Part shown: positions 13,289 to 25,894 of the stretch, in pieces | Layout: every line of letters begins with the position of its first letter | How positions within the stretch are numbered: the first letter of the stretch is position 1 | Assembly (NCBI RefSeq): GCF_000315625.1 | Contig: NW_005434659.1 | Span: 885,848-949,847 of the forward strand | Reading direction: 5' to 3' | DNA from: Guillardia theta CCMP2712 | Lineage: Eukaryota > Protista > Cryptophyta | Length of the DNA stretch: 64,000 nt | Notes under the pieces: generated by a model | What the model was told of the DNA's origin: nothing | The model's database searches: none | What the model saw: only the letters and a program-made list of their open reading frames with translations | Translations under genes and position numbers: made by a program

Positions 13289-14294
13289 TCAAGTCGAATG
13301 CTCGGGACACACTGGATTGTTTCTACAGAACTCCTTGCACGGTGGAGTGTTGGGGCCATAAACCTTGTTGATGGACCGGCAGACAGGAGAGGCAGCTTCA
13401 GCATCCCTGTCGCTCGCCCAGACATACTGCTCCTTCCCCGAGTACTCAATAAATGGATTGCCAAACATCTCGAACAGCTGTCTGAGTACAGAAACCCTGA
13501 AGGAATGCGTCCGGAGCCCAAGGGGGAGCACAGAGTTCTGTATGCAATCTACGTGGCAGGCATGCTTCCATTCCAGACAAGCGATCTGCCCAACAAGCTG
13601 AGGTTGCAACAAGGCGGATCATTGCTGAAAACTCACCTGCACCCCATGAACTCTTGGATCAATCTCCATCATGAATGAAAACAACATGTCTTCTCCTGTC
13701 ACATGTTTGTCCACGAGGTTTCTGGCCGCCTCATATTCCCTGGAGAAGAAAAACTTGAACAGCTTACGATGCATCACAGCTCCTTTTGTCACGTATGCTG
13801 TGTTGTGTCGGTAAGGATGATAATAACCTGTCACATCACCTTATCCTCAGCACACAACCTCCAACACAAGAGGAACCTTCATCCCAGATCTCGGTTCCGT
13901 TGGTTCGGAGGTTGCGAGGATGAAACGCTATGACCCCCATCTTGTTTCTCATCCAAATCTCATATGCAAACTTGAGCGCGGAGCATGAGGTGAACACGTC
14001 CACGTCGGTGGTGAAGACAGCCTGCGTCTTGAACTTGCGAGGAAAGAAACGAAATGATATCCGATCCGGGAGGACATCATAACTTATCTTGCTCGTGTTG
14101 TTGGGCGCTGGGCCGTTAGGTTCGAACCAATTAACATGAATATGCGTCACGATAGGACAAGCCAGGAAGAGTTCTATCTGCCACCCAAGACATCTTTTCT
14201 GCTTGAAACTGGATATCACGACAGACACCTGGCCGAGGCTGACATTCAATGCTGCGATCAACCACAGCAGCAAGAAGCGTCGTGATGGCGACAT
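13289..14294 (-). CDS. Glycosyltransferase family 64 (EXTL2/exostosin C-terminal domain-like, alpha-1,4-HexNAc transferase)
   Basis: Signal/anchor MSPSRRFLLLWLIAALNVSLG. Motifs ISFRFFP, TQAVFTTDVD (DxD motif), AYEIW...AFHPR, TKGAVMHRK, VDKHVTGEDMLFSFM (compare GT64 NCEDI.MNF). Confidence 0.8.
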
Positions 14295-14379
14295 GGCAGC
14301 AGATTGCTGAATCCCTGCCTCTTCTTTCGCTTCTACATTCCGTCCTTGCCCTTTCTGACCATCCTGCTGCTGCTGCTTC

Positions 14380-14410
<31 letters not shown>

Positions 14411-14755
14411 TTCGTAATTTTTCGCCAGCACTTTCGGCCGACACACTCCGTCCTCTGCCTGGATGTCCTACCCCACCCCCTCTTTCCCCTAAAAAGTACC
14501 CTTCTACCCCTCTAAAGCACTTCCCCTTCGTTTCGTTGTCCGCTGAACCGAACTTGCCTTCGCTCCCTCGCTCCCTCTCTCCATTCCCGTCCTCGTCCTC
14601 CTCGTCCTCGTCCTCCTCCCTCCCTCCTTCTTCTGTCATAACACCTTTCCTCCTCTCCTACTGCCGCCGCTCCTCCAATCCCATCCTCAACCCCCCGTGC
14701 GCTTCATCGTTGCCTCAAAGTAACACTCACCCCGCAGCCCTCTCATACCAGAAGT

Positions 14756-15442
14756 ATGCTGCGCTGCTCCATCCTTTGGTTTTCTGCTCTCGTTGTCGTC
14801 GTCTTCCTAGCGAGTGATTGCTCGTGCTCGCTGGATCGATCGTTCCTACACTTGGCTCCGCGGGATCCTTCCCCCATGACCCTGCAACGAAGCAGCTACA
14901 GGGCTCGGCATCTTCGAGGAGGCAGCGATGCAGCGGACCCTGCGACGGGAGCTTTGTCCGTGGATGATACACCTAAGGGGGGCCAGTTGGCGGCAGAGCA
15001 GAAGGATGGAGGGGAAGTTGCGTCGTTTACGGCACAGGAGCTTGAGGAAGCACCAACAACGGAAGCTCCAACTCCTTCAGGTCTTGAACGGGAGCCAGAA
15101 CAGAGACAAGAGGATCAAGTCCCTGCAGTGGAACCCGTGAAACCCATGGAGGAGACGAGGCAGGACAATCGTCCTCCCGCCGATCCAGTGGCTCCACCGC
15201 ATCCGAGACCGGAGCCGCAAGTCAAGCAAGCAAGCGTTTCTTCCGCATTGAGTCAGGAGCAAGGAGGGCTTGGGGTTCCTAGATGGCGTGTGGGTCTGGC
15301 TTCTCTGCAGGCACGCGCTGTTCCCATCATGTTGAGCTTCTCCTTGGGCATGGCAGTTGCTTACGGCGTCGCAAAGTTTGGATGGCAGCAAGAAGATGAT
15401 TTGGATCAAATGTTGACTGAATTCCTGAGTGTGAAGCTCTGA
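14756..15442 (+). CDS. Hypothetical protein: signal peptide + LRGG motif + low-complexity linker + C-terminal TM helix; intronless
   Basis: 228-aa ORF with hydrophobic N-terminus, RARHLRGG, acidic/Pro-rich spacer and TM AVPIMLSFSLGMAVAYGVA. Confidence 0.65.
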   Translation: MLRCSILWFSALVVVVFLASDCSCSLDRSFLHLAPRDPSPMTLQRSSYRARHLRGGSDAADPATGALSVDDTPKGGQLAAEQKDGGEVASFTAQELEEAPTTEAPTPSGLEREPEQRQEDQVPAVEPVKPMEETRQDNRPPADPVAPPHPRPEPQVKQASVSSALSQEQGGLGVPRWRVGLASLQARAVPIMLSFSLGMAVAYGVAKFGWQQEDDLDQMLTEFLSVKL

Positions 15443-15529
15443 TTTGAGTTTCATGCGCCAAGATTATTCTGTCGTTTCCATCCCTTCATTAAACTGAAAC
15501 TGATACAATCTTGAAATAACCACCAAGTT

Positions 15530-17284
15530 TTAGATCGTAATAACTCGAGAGAGCTTTTGGATTCTATTCAACAAGGAGTCTCCCTGCTTGATCGTTTGCT
15601 GGTAAAGGGCGTTCTTCCTGTCGGGTCTGTTGCTGCATACAACCCCCTTCACCTTGTCGATCTTGCAACTGACATCAATCTATCAGCTCTCAACCAAGCA
15701 CCATATCCATCTCTCACCTCAGACGACCACAAGCCACAAGGTCGCTCAATTCGTTGTCAAGAAAGTTCAAACCGACCCCGAAAGTTGCAGACATGGAGGC
15801 CATGTCTACAGTATGATAGGACTCCAGGTACTGCAAGCAGATGTCAAAAAATCTGGACGACTAGAGATGAAGGGAAGGTCAAGACCTGCGTGTAAGCTAC
15901 AACGCGAGCTTGACGGAGGAAATATCTTGCATGAGAGCAGACAAAGCGATCCAAGAACAGTTGATCGACGATGTCGACAAGCGCAACGAAGAAGTCCTTG
16001 TAGAGGCATTTGTACAGAGAATTGATCATTTTCTGCATTGAAAACCAGTCAGGCAATCGGGATCTGCAGAATGATCCCGGTGAATCACCTCAAGGGCAGG
16101 ATTGCTGGCAATCACTTGCAAGATTTCCGGTGCATGGATGACCTTCTCTTTGATAGTTTTTCTATCACAAGCGATGGTTGCACACACGACTGTGTAGAAA
16201 CAACTGCAAGAACATCGCGTCATGACTCAGGGCTGGTAAGAAGATTTGAATATTTGCAATACCTGGTTGTAAGAGTAGAGGTCCACAGCAGTAAAGGTTG
16301 AGATGGATTCCAACAGAAGAGTTGCTGCTCTTTTGAAATCTCGAATGGATATGAGGTAGCTGGCTTCATATACTTTCAAGCGATTTCTATCAAAAGCAAA
16401 CAAATCAGCTGTCCAAGAACACAAGAGGAGCTTGCAGCTTTGACTGACCTTCGCTCCCAATCACCTCCATTGTCCACCAGCTCTTTGCAAACCTTGACAT
16501 GGGTTTCGACCATGTAGATGTCCCCCCAGAACCTTAGGGCAAATTCAAAATAATTTTCTAAAAACGTAGGAAAAACGCATCTTACATGCCGATTCGCATC
16601 AGGTGGAAGCGAACGTCAAGCTTCTGACCAGAAGTCGTTTTTGGCAACCTGTGATTCCAAGTTAAATATCGGAAAATAACAAAACCAGATCGTTGTGTAT
16701 ACTTCTCGGCCTCATCGTACGCATTTGCAGCAAGTTCCTTAGTTGCGGTTCTTGCAAGGACTTGAGCCTTAGCCATCATGCCATCGCGCACTTCCATGTC
16801 CCCTTCATTCTCTTGCGCATCCTTGATCGCATCATCCACCTAATAGAACGACTAAGGAATGTTCCAACATTTTCTAGTCTCTTCACCTCCTTCAGCCTTC
16901 TCTCATTCTCAGCTTTCATCTTGGCAACAAGAGAGGAATCGATCTTCCGACCAGTTTCTTGGCATGTGATTTCATACACAGCGACGGAATCTGGCGAACA
17001 AGTAAGAAAAAAGATGCACATATGAGATAGAGGAGCTCACTGAATCTCTCGACGAGTTTCATGAAGTCAGCCCACAGAGCATCCTTCGCACTTGGCGGAC
17101 ATTTCGGACTGCCCATATCGCATCTCAACCGGGGAATCAAGGAGCAAGAGGAAGACCTGGTGAGCTTGAAGCGGATAAAGGAGAGCCTCATCCATTCTCC
17201 TTCAGCCTCGGGATCGTCGTCCGCCTTCACCTTCACCGGGTTCGCTCCCTCCTTCGCTCCATCCACCTGCATCGCATCCGCCAT
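15530..17284 (-). CDS. RPN7: 26S proteasome regulatory subunit RPN7 (PSMD6), multi-exon
   Basis: [70 protein letters not shown], and C-terminus [21 protein letters not shown]. Confidence 0.93.
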
Positions 17285-17868
17285 GGCCGTACACCTGTCC
17301 CGCACTGCGATTACTCAACTACATTTACCCTCATCCCCACTCGTGCACCAATCATCCCCTGAATCATCCCCCTCAGTCCCTGATAGCCCTCATCCCCCTA
17401 TTTTTTCCCGCCAATTGAGCCTGTGCCGATGGCGAAAATCCACATGACAGAAAGTTGATGGAGAGATACTACAGGAGAGAAGAGAGGAGAAGGAAGAGGA
17501 GGGAAGAGGAGAGAGTCGGTCATGATAGGGGAGAAGCTCATGTGTGATGATATCAAGATTGTGAACATCAAATTGGTTTTGAACGATGCTATCAGCGTAT
17601 TTTCTGAAGATTGTCGTAACTGTACCTGCGTGTCTGCAATGATCTTGATCAGTGCCATGACTTCTTGCATGACAGAACGGGTTTGAAATGTCCGATGTAC
17701 TAAGAGCTTTGAACGATGGAAGAGCAGCTCTAGCCGAAGTTCCAGTAGAAAACAAACAAGACGCCTTCCCTGTGAAGGGCTCCAAGCACATCCATGACAG
17801 TCATGCTCCTATGCAAGGAGGCGCTCAAGCAGAGCCACTCGGTCAGATCATTCTCTTTGAATGTCAAG

Positions 17869-20800
17869 ATGTCCCTACCACATGTGCCTGACGTTCTCTC
17901 AGGGAGACTGATTGAAAGAATCGTCGATGTGAAAATAAATGAAAAACAAAAGTCAGAACTGCTGGTTTATGTTTTCCGATTACTAGGCAGTCGCATCGCT
18001 GGAGCTTCTCAGGAATTAGATGAATTTCAGGTCAAGTTGCATGGGCGTTGAGCATTTCACCTGATCCGCCTTACCGCAGTTGGTCGAAAAGATCAAAAAG
18101 AGTTTTGTGAATTCGGGGTCAGATGGTTCAAAGAAATCTATTAAATTCTCTGAGTTGTATAGAAGATTCTCACAGAAGAGAGTGATATCGAATCGGTATG
18201 TCAGATCTGACAGTTCAATTTTCACGATCGTGAATTTGATGATTGCAGGTCAGGGATTCTACTTCTTCTCTATTCACTCGGAAATTCAAAAGATGCGAAA
18301 GACTTAATATCTATTCCGCTTGTAAGTGCGATTCGTCATGGAGAAGAGAAAAGTGGAGCAGGAATCTTGGACCCAGCAGCAGATTTGAACATCACGTTGA
18401 GCAGAATTGGTCTGTCAGAACACGCAACAAACCAACAAACGAGAAAGGCAGCTCAAACTCTGAAACCAAACACTTCCTTCGAAATACCAGAAGTCGTTCT
18501 CGTCAAAGATGTAATCTTTGCAATGCAAGGAATAGAGGGAAAATACGTCAGATTTGATAAGGTATGGATTGATCATAACTTCTTTTGCTAATCCAATGTA
18601 GCAATTAGATGGCTACACGGTCGATCGCAGCTTTGGAGTCCCAGCTACCACTCGAGACTTGATTCGCCGCATCTGTGAAAGTGGATGGCTGTACAGGAAG
18701 ATATCTGCGTTCAACGCACACTGGTCTACAAGCAAGAGCATAGGACTTGTTGGCCAGGGTCTGATAACTGGCTTGCAAGCTGAACTTATCGAGTACTTCA
18801 AGCTTGTTGCCGTCCTGCAATCTCATGTGGCCGATGATCAACTTAACTTGTCAAAACAAGAATCAATCGAGCAGTCGGACACTGATGCAGATTATCAACA
18901 GCACCGTCAAGGTTTGACCCTCCGTCGGCTTCTTGTCTGGGTCCAGGAGCCCATCGCTAGGCTGCGGGTGATGGCTCTACTTTGCGACGCCGCTATGGGA
19001 CTTGGCCAGACCTCACGATCACTCTTGGAAAGTTCTGGATCCTCTTCTTCAGTGGCAGGAGGAGGAGGAGGAGCAGCAGCGACGCCTGGCTCGTTCCTGT
19101 CTCCTCTCAAGGGCGGGCAGCTGGCAAGCGCAATCAGTGTTCATGCGCGACACGGGGATCCTGCAGTCCAACAATTGATGAAGAGGGTAATGAGTACGAT
19201 GGGTTTGTGCTCCTTCCTTGACTCTCTCCTCCAGATATTGAAACCAGTCTGCCGCCCTATCTTGCAGCAGATTCGGAAATGGATTTCGGATGGCGAGGTG
19301 GAGGATCCCTGGAACGAATTCTTTATCGAGAACGACTACAACAAGCTGGAACATCATTGGGAGGTTTTCATGCCTCGTTTGTTTTCCAATGCATTGAGCC
19401 AGAATCACAGGACAAGTACAAGTTACGACCAGATATGATCCCATCTTTTGTTAGTGAGCAACTTGCATTCAAAATCCTTCAGATCGGTACAAAATTCATA
19501 ATGTTTTTGTGTTCCCTTACGGTCCTAAAGGAAAGTCAATCAATTTCATCCGAAAATGCTGCAGGGACATCGAGTATGTGACAGAAGCTTCCAATGCACT
19601 TGATAGAATGAAAGACATAGAGTACGGGCAGGTGAATCTCCACCATTCTTTCCCATCGTCTAACGTCAGAGCCATAGTGGGAAGAATTAGAAGATGTTGT
19701 GGGCACTCATGCCGACTTGGCCAACAAGGCTCTTCTGTCTGCGTTATTCCATCAATACAGGTTGCGTGATCACCTGCAGGCCATCAAGAGATATCTTCTC
19801 TTCGGCCAGGTGATGAGAAGCTCTCATACACATTCTTCCTCACTTTGAGCAGGGAGATTTTGTGCGCTACCTAATCGATCTTCTTGCCGACAATGTGCGC
19901 CCTGGAGCATCGACAGTGCATCATCACAACTTAACTGGCATCGTGGAGACTGCTATCCGAGCGTCTTCATCCCAGGAATGATTTTTCACACTTATTGGAC
20001 CTCTGCTGAGAGCCTCGCAGACGGACGATGGAGATGTCCGAGAGAGAGTTCACGTATCGACCATGGAGGCGACTGGAGGAGACGATCTCTTCAGTGTCTT
20101 CAGCTTGGAGTACAAGGTAAGAACTCGATTCTACTTCCCTTCGGATGCTAATGCTGATTCCACCAGCTGGACACTCCTTGTAATGCGGTGATAACCGAAA
20201 GATCGATGCGGAAGTACAAGAGAGTCTTCAACTTCCTCTGGGGCCTCAAGAGAGTGGAGCAGGTGACTGGGAGGATGACGTGTGACCCGAGTGACGTGGC
20301 GCAGGCGCTGAGTACATCTTGGAGGCGAGCGAGTGAACTCTGCCACATCGGAACGCACAACGTGACGGTGATAGAGGACGTGCAAACTTCAGTTCCTTGC
20401 TGACTTGAGTTTCCCCTTCAGGTTCGCGGGGCAGATCGTGATGCTCATCGAGAGCTGCAGAAGTTTGCGCTGGTGAGGAGAGGCAGAGAGAAATGAGCAT
20501 GATTGACTTCCTCCCGGACAGGCTGTGGTGTACAAGGCTTCCAACATGTGGATCCACCACCAGATGATGCACTTCATTACCAACCTGCAGTACTACATGA
20601 TGTTTGAAGTGCTCGAATGCTCGTGGGAAGAGTTGAACAAAGAGCTTCAGGTGGTTGGTTTGTCCTCTTCATCCCTTTCTTCCTCGAGGTTTCCACTGAC
20701 ACTCTGTTACAGAGCGTACAGGATGTCGACCAGCTCATCGCATCTCACAACCGGTTGCTCAGATTGACCTGCCGTTGTCTCCCGTTGTTGACTGCTTCGA

Positions 20801-21320
20801 CAACAGCTATGTCGACAAGATTCTAGAGCGTGCGCTCCTGACGGAAGACTCTGAGACGGAGAAGAAGCAGATGGATCGAGTGTTCAAGTGCATCCTCGAC
20901 TACTGCTTCACACAGCAGCAGGTGCCTTTCCCAGCTCTCCTCAACCTCGGAGGTCTCATCCACTCACAGATCTGCGACTTTGCGGAGAGGAAGCTGGAAA
21001 GAAATGGGCTGATGCTCTGCCCGGTGGATACGAGGGATGCGGATCACGACTGGCACGAGCAGCAGGAAGCAGGAGATGACGAGTCTGAGCTGACAGTCCC
21101 GGCCACGTTGACATGCAAGATCGAGAGTAAGGCCGTGGAGGTGAGGGCGAGAAGGTTGGGAGGCTTCCTACTGACAAGTGGACAGTTCTCAGAGTCTTTC
21201 AGCCTGTTGAGGGACATGCTGAGCTCTACCAAGAGCGCAGACTTGCGAAGTCTGAACTTCCGCCTTGACTTCAGCGAATTCTACGCGGACATGAGTGTCC
21301 CACAGGTATTGTCAACCTGA
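17869..21320 (+). CDS. TUBGCP3: Gamma-tubulin complex component 3 (Spc98/GCP3), multi-exon
   Basis: EVVLVKDVIFAMQGIEGKYVRFD, RRICESGWLYRKI, SIGLVGQ, LTLRRLLVW, KGGQLAS..HGDP, GKSINFIR, HLQAIKRYLLFGQGDFV, YKRVFNFLWGLKRVE, MMHFITNLQYYMMFEVLECSW, LRSLNFRLDFSEFY. Confidence 0.92.
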
Positions 21321-21599
21321 CTTGATCCCTGTTGCCTCGTCTCGTCCGTTATTCTGCTCCACACTTGATGTCCTTCTCCCCTCCCTTTCTTCGACTTCTT
21401 TGCTCTCCTCATCCCTTTCTTCTAGCCTTCCCTCCCGTCCTCTCCCTTCCTCGACCTCATTCTGCCCTCCAAACCTCACGTGTCTAACAGGACTAGATGA
21501 CGGCTAGCAGCTTCGATTATTCTTTTGTAGAGCAAGGAGGCAGTTTTTTCTTATATGCAAGGAAGGAGAGAGGAAAATCAAAGTGCTACACGTCGATCC

Positions 21600-24083
21600 T
21601 CAAGGTACTGAGACTTCTCGGTCTCCCAGCTTCCACAAGTAAATGTACACGTCCGTTCCATGCCCCTGTGAACCTGTCAATGTCCTGTGCTGCTTCTTGT
21701 CCTTCTGCCCTATCTCTTCACATGCGTGAATTTTTCTCCCTTACCAATCGACTTCTCCCTTCTCTCCGCCTCCCTCCTCCCTCCCTCTATCCCTCCTGCC
21801 TCCTCCCTCCCTCCCTCCCTCCCTCCTCCCATCCTCCCTCCTCCCTCCTGTCCCTCAGCGCTTACCTGCATCGACATCACTTGTAAGTCTCCTCCGAATG
21901 CTCGGGCATGGATGCGACTTAGAGGCAGTCCATGTGCGAACCCTGCGGCAGGGCATCAGGGAAGGACGAGGCGCGGTCCGACGCACCAGCCATGACGGGC
22001 TTGTCGTCATGCTCGAGCTGATGGAGCTTTTCCCGTGTCTTCCCCGCTGTGGTGAAGGAGTACGTCCACAAGCGCTGCAGAAGTGGGCGAGTGTGAGCGG
22101 ATGAGGAAGTGGGGAGGAGGAGAAGGGGGGAGAGGGAGGCGGGAGGAGAGCAGGAAGCATGCAACAAGGAGAGAGGGACGGGAATGTAGACCTCCATGCC
22201 CGAACGAGAGATTCCTCCTCCCTTGTCTGAGATCTTGATGGCGATGTCCTATGGAGCACGTCACGTGCTCCTCGCCTCGAGCTCTGCTCACCTCATCGCC
22301 TTCTGCAAACACCACACTGACGGGAGGTAACTCGTCCTGCCACAGTCTCAGTTGAGGAGAGACGATGCAGGTTAAACAAGCTGAAGCCGAGGGAGGGAGC
22401 GAAGGAGGGAGGGAGGGAAGAAGGGTAGCAGATGATAAGGGAAGGACTGACTGCTGTCCAATGCTTGTTTGGTTGCTCCTCCTTGTATCTTTCAACCACC
22501 TGCAATCACACGACGTAAGGCAACCGTGTCCAATGAGAGGAGAGGCGAGGCGAGGCGAGGCGAGGAGAGGAGAGGAGAGGCGAGGCGAGGCGAGGAGAGG
22601 AGAGGAGAGGAGAGGAGAGGAGAGGAGAGGAGAGGGGTGAAGGGGAGAGGAAGGGAGGAGGAGAGGAGGAAAGAGAGGAGGGGAGAGGAGGGGAGGAGTG
22701 CGTCTCACCGCCCTCATGGAGTTCTTGAGGAGCTCGAAGAAGATGTAATGAAGATGTTCGGGGATGTAAGGCAGCTGGAGACTCAGGTGAGCTCAGCAGG
22801 CAGACCCTAGCTGCTTCCTACCTTCATGTCAATCGATCCTTCCATCTGAACGTTTGGGGCAACTCCATAGCTCAGCTGGCATATGTGCTGGAACCACCTG
22901 CGTCAGCCGCCCCCAGGAGGAGGAGCGGCAACCTGAGCATCCTGGATGGCATGGCTGCATACAAAGGCCGGTTGACATTCCGTCTGGATGATGCCGATGA
23001 AGCCTGAGGGCGATCAGGGGCAGGAGGGGAGCAAAACGAGCGCCAGCATTACCATCTTGAGGATGATGTAGCATAATGTGCTGCCCCACCAGCACCCGCA
23101 TCCCAACCCTAGAGAGGTAGAATCTGCAACTTTCCATGAGGCCCGCAAACTACCTCCTGCTCTCCTCCACCTGTCAAGGAATTGGCCGAAGTCGAAGGAG
23201 GCGATGCTGCCCGGGATGTGCTCGCGACTGATGATCCCGCGTTGATGCCTGGTGGGGGAGCAGTGAGAAGCAGGTCAAGCGAGGCCAAACGCGAGCTCAC
23301 ATCGCAAAGTCTCCCTCACGCGTGAGAAGTTCCTGCAGACTGCAAGTCAGATGACATCACTTGCATCCTCCATGCATCAACAAGACGAAGAGAGCGAATG
23401 ATCTTCAAGTTGAGGGAGGGCAGCAACCTGCAACCCACGCGCTACAGTCGCTTGAACGTTGTTGTGCTCAGACATCATTCGGTCCAGAACCTGGTGAGAT
23501 GCAATACGATCAACTTGCATCATCGCTCAGCCTGTCTCGGTCACTTGTGTGAAATTCTCTTCGATCTCTAAAGTCTTGGGTGTTGGTGTTCGTCGTATTT
23601 GAAAGAAGCTCTTCTCATACAGCTTTCTAACCTGCATCCACGTCATCTCATGCACACTTGCCGTCAAACGCTCCCAACCTGCGTCATCGCAGCTGTTTCC
23701 CCGAGTCCGAACGGCAACTTCTTCAACTCTCGCACTCTCCTTGCTAGGCGTATAGGGAGCTCTTCATGAAGGAACTGAGCTGCCAGCAGCAGCGCCCGCT
23801 TGTTGTTCGCCTTGGGAGAAGAGGTCAAAGGGACGGTCAAGTAACTGGAGACGCTGGTTCAGAGCAGTACCTGAGCACCAAACTGATGCATCTCTTTGAG
23901 AGTGACGGTCGCCGCATGTCGCAGTGAGAAAAACAAGATCTCGTGCTCATCCTCCTCGGTCTCGGCCCCCTCTACGCTAAAGCATCTCTTGCAAGTGTTC
24001 CCCATCCCTGCGTTCAGCTGCTGTGTAGAAGCAACTAGCCATCTGCGCCCATGTATTCCTCGCTCGAGCGGCTTCCTCAACAT
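21600..24083 (-). CDS. Mitochondrial pyruvate dehydrogenase kinase / BCKD kinase family protein, multi-exon
   Basis: Basic presequence MLRKPLERGIHGRRW. Motifs AAQFLHEELPIRLARR, FYLSRVGMRVLVGQH, HLHYIFFELLKNSMRA (N-box), IKISDKGGG (G1), [41 protein letters not shown]. Confidence 0.9.
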
Positions 24084-24929
24084 TTCCAACCACTACAATC
24101 ACCTTTACCTGACATCAGCAGGAGTGAATGCAAGATCAGATCGTCAACACCTCGATCCTATGAAAATATTGAAGGCATCATCTTCGAAACTTCGAGCTCT
24201 AGTGCATGCATACTTCATCGCGCGCCTTCGGCCTCCCCTCTCGTGCTAACTTGCCCGACTACACTCTCTCACACCGAGCATCTGCCTTCTACTACCGAAT
24301 TATATCTATGAGCCCATCCCTCTAGTTTCTGTTGTGTCTATCAAACTCCTCTCCAAGAACTTTATCACAACCTTGGACGTGTTTCTATGTTCGGTGCTGC
24401 GCTTTTCTTCTCCGCTGTAGGCATCGTTATTCTGCACAACGCAGAATCGCCTTTATTTTATCTAGCTGCTACATCCCTCCATAATTACACTTCTTTCGCC
24501 CCCTTTTCAACTGTTCTTTCCTTCTCAATCCTTCACTGACTTGTCTCCCTACAATCTCCTTCTCTCAGCTCACGATTCATCCTCCTCCTCTTCCTCCTCG
24601 CCTCATGCTTGTTTTCCGTCGCTTTCGCTTCGCCATTTTTCCCCCACCCCACCCCTAATACCTTGACAGCTACCCCACCCCTCAGTCCTACTCAAATTCC
24701 CCTCAAATTTTTCACCTCTCCCCTTCTTTCAACCCCTACTTTGAGACCCCCACCCCCCAAATCCTCGAACCTCACGACCTACCCCTCAGTCTGCCTTTGT
24801 CATACCCCTACCGTAATATGACCTATCGTTCTATCACTACCATCACGGTGGGTACCTTATTATGACCAACTGACCCTACCCCACCCTACAATCTACCTGG
24901 ATGCGCCCCTGAAACCATTCGACCGATCG

Positions 24930-25445
24930 GACTCCGGGCTCACGGGCCGGGCCGGGCCACGCCGGGCGGCTCACGGGCCGGGCCGGGCCACGCCGCCGGG
25001 CCGGGTACCCTCAGCTGTCGGAGTGCCCGGCCGCATCGTCGGCCCCCCGGCGGACTCTGGCAGTGAGGCCCGGGCTCATTCGGCAGGGCCGGAAGTTTCA
25101 CTGTTTCACTGAGTCAAAGGCTTGAAGTTACTGAAAGTGACTCACAGTGGCCCTCTTTACTCAAAGTTCGGAAGAGCAGTACGTGGCAAGCTGTGCAGAG
25201 TTTCAAGTAAAGGGAACTTCGGAAAATTCAAGTTTGACCAGAGGGCGTCGCACTGCTGACAGTGACCAACTCAGGCTCAAGACGTCCCGGGAGCCTCGGC
25301 AGCCTGAGCCCGTGCGGCTGACGGCCACGTCAATCCGAAGACTCGGATCATCGCCGGGGTGCCCGCCGGGGTGCGGCCGGGCTCAAAAAGTTTACTTAAC
25401 TTCAATGAGTAAAACTTTAGAGACAATAATGGTTGAGCCGGATCA
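24930..25445. repeat. GC-rich palindromic non-coding module (CCGG/CGGCCG, TCAG/CTGA, AAGTT/AACTT words); member of a dispersed family in this window
   Basis: Internal duplication ggctcacgggccgggccgggccacgccg. Contains TTTACTCAAAGTT (25156-25168) and TCACAGTGGCCCT (25142-25154), both also found in other modules. Confidence 0.65.
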
Positions 25446-25651
25446 TGCCCAGTCAGCTTCCTGCCAAATTGTAGGATGGAAAGAAGGAGGGGTGGGGGTA
25501 AGAGATAGACCCGGTTGTAGAGGGGGGTGGGTCCGAACTGAGGTCACGGCCCATATAGGGTGGTCAGGGTACTTATTTGACCAGAGGGCGGATACCTGGC
25601 AGATACCTCAAGGAGGAACTGAAGTTGGTTCTCGTGCTGGAGACTGATCCT

Positions 25652-25789
25652 CCTCGAGTCCATGATGTCCTCCCCTCTCCCTCCTGCTTGACACGATCCT
25701 CGATCAGCCCTACATCAACCCCTCGAGTCCATGATGTCCTCCCCTCTCCCTCCTGCTTGACACGATCCTCAATCAGCCCTACATCAACC
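25652..25789 (+). repeat. 69-bp tandem duplication (2 copies, 1 mismatch) upstream of the ZIP gene
   Basis: cctcgagtccatgatgtcc...tacatcaacc occurs twice head-to-tail. Confidence 0.9.
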
Positions 25790-25894
25790 CCTCCTACCCT
25801 TCCTCTCAACAGCCCCGCATCAACAAGAGAGCAAATCGTATCCATCTCTCCCGATCATGCATAAGGTACTTGAACCACGCACCGTCCGATCGCA

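Noticed and set aside
25147-25864. ORFs of 166 aa and 95 aa upstream of ZIP
   Set aside because: They have non-ATG starts, run through the palindromic module and the 69-bp duplication, and show no recognisable domain.
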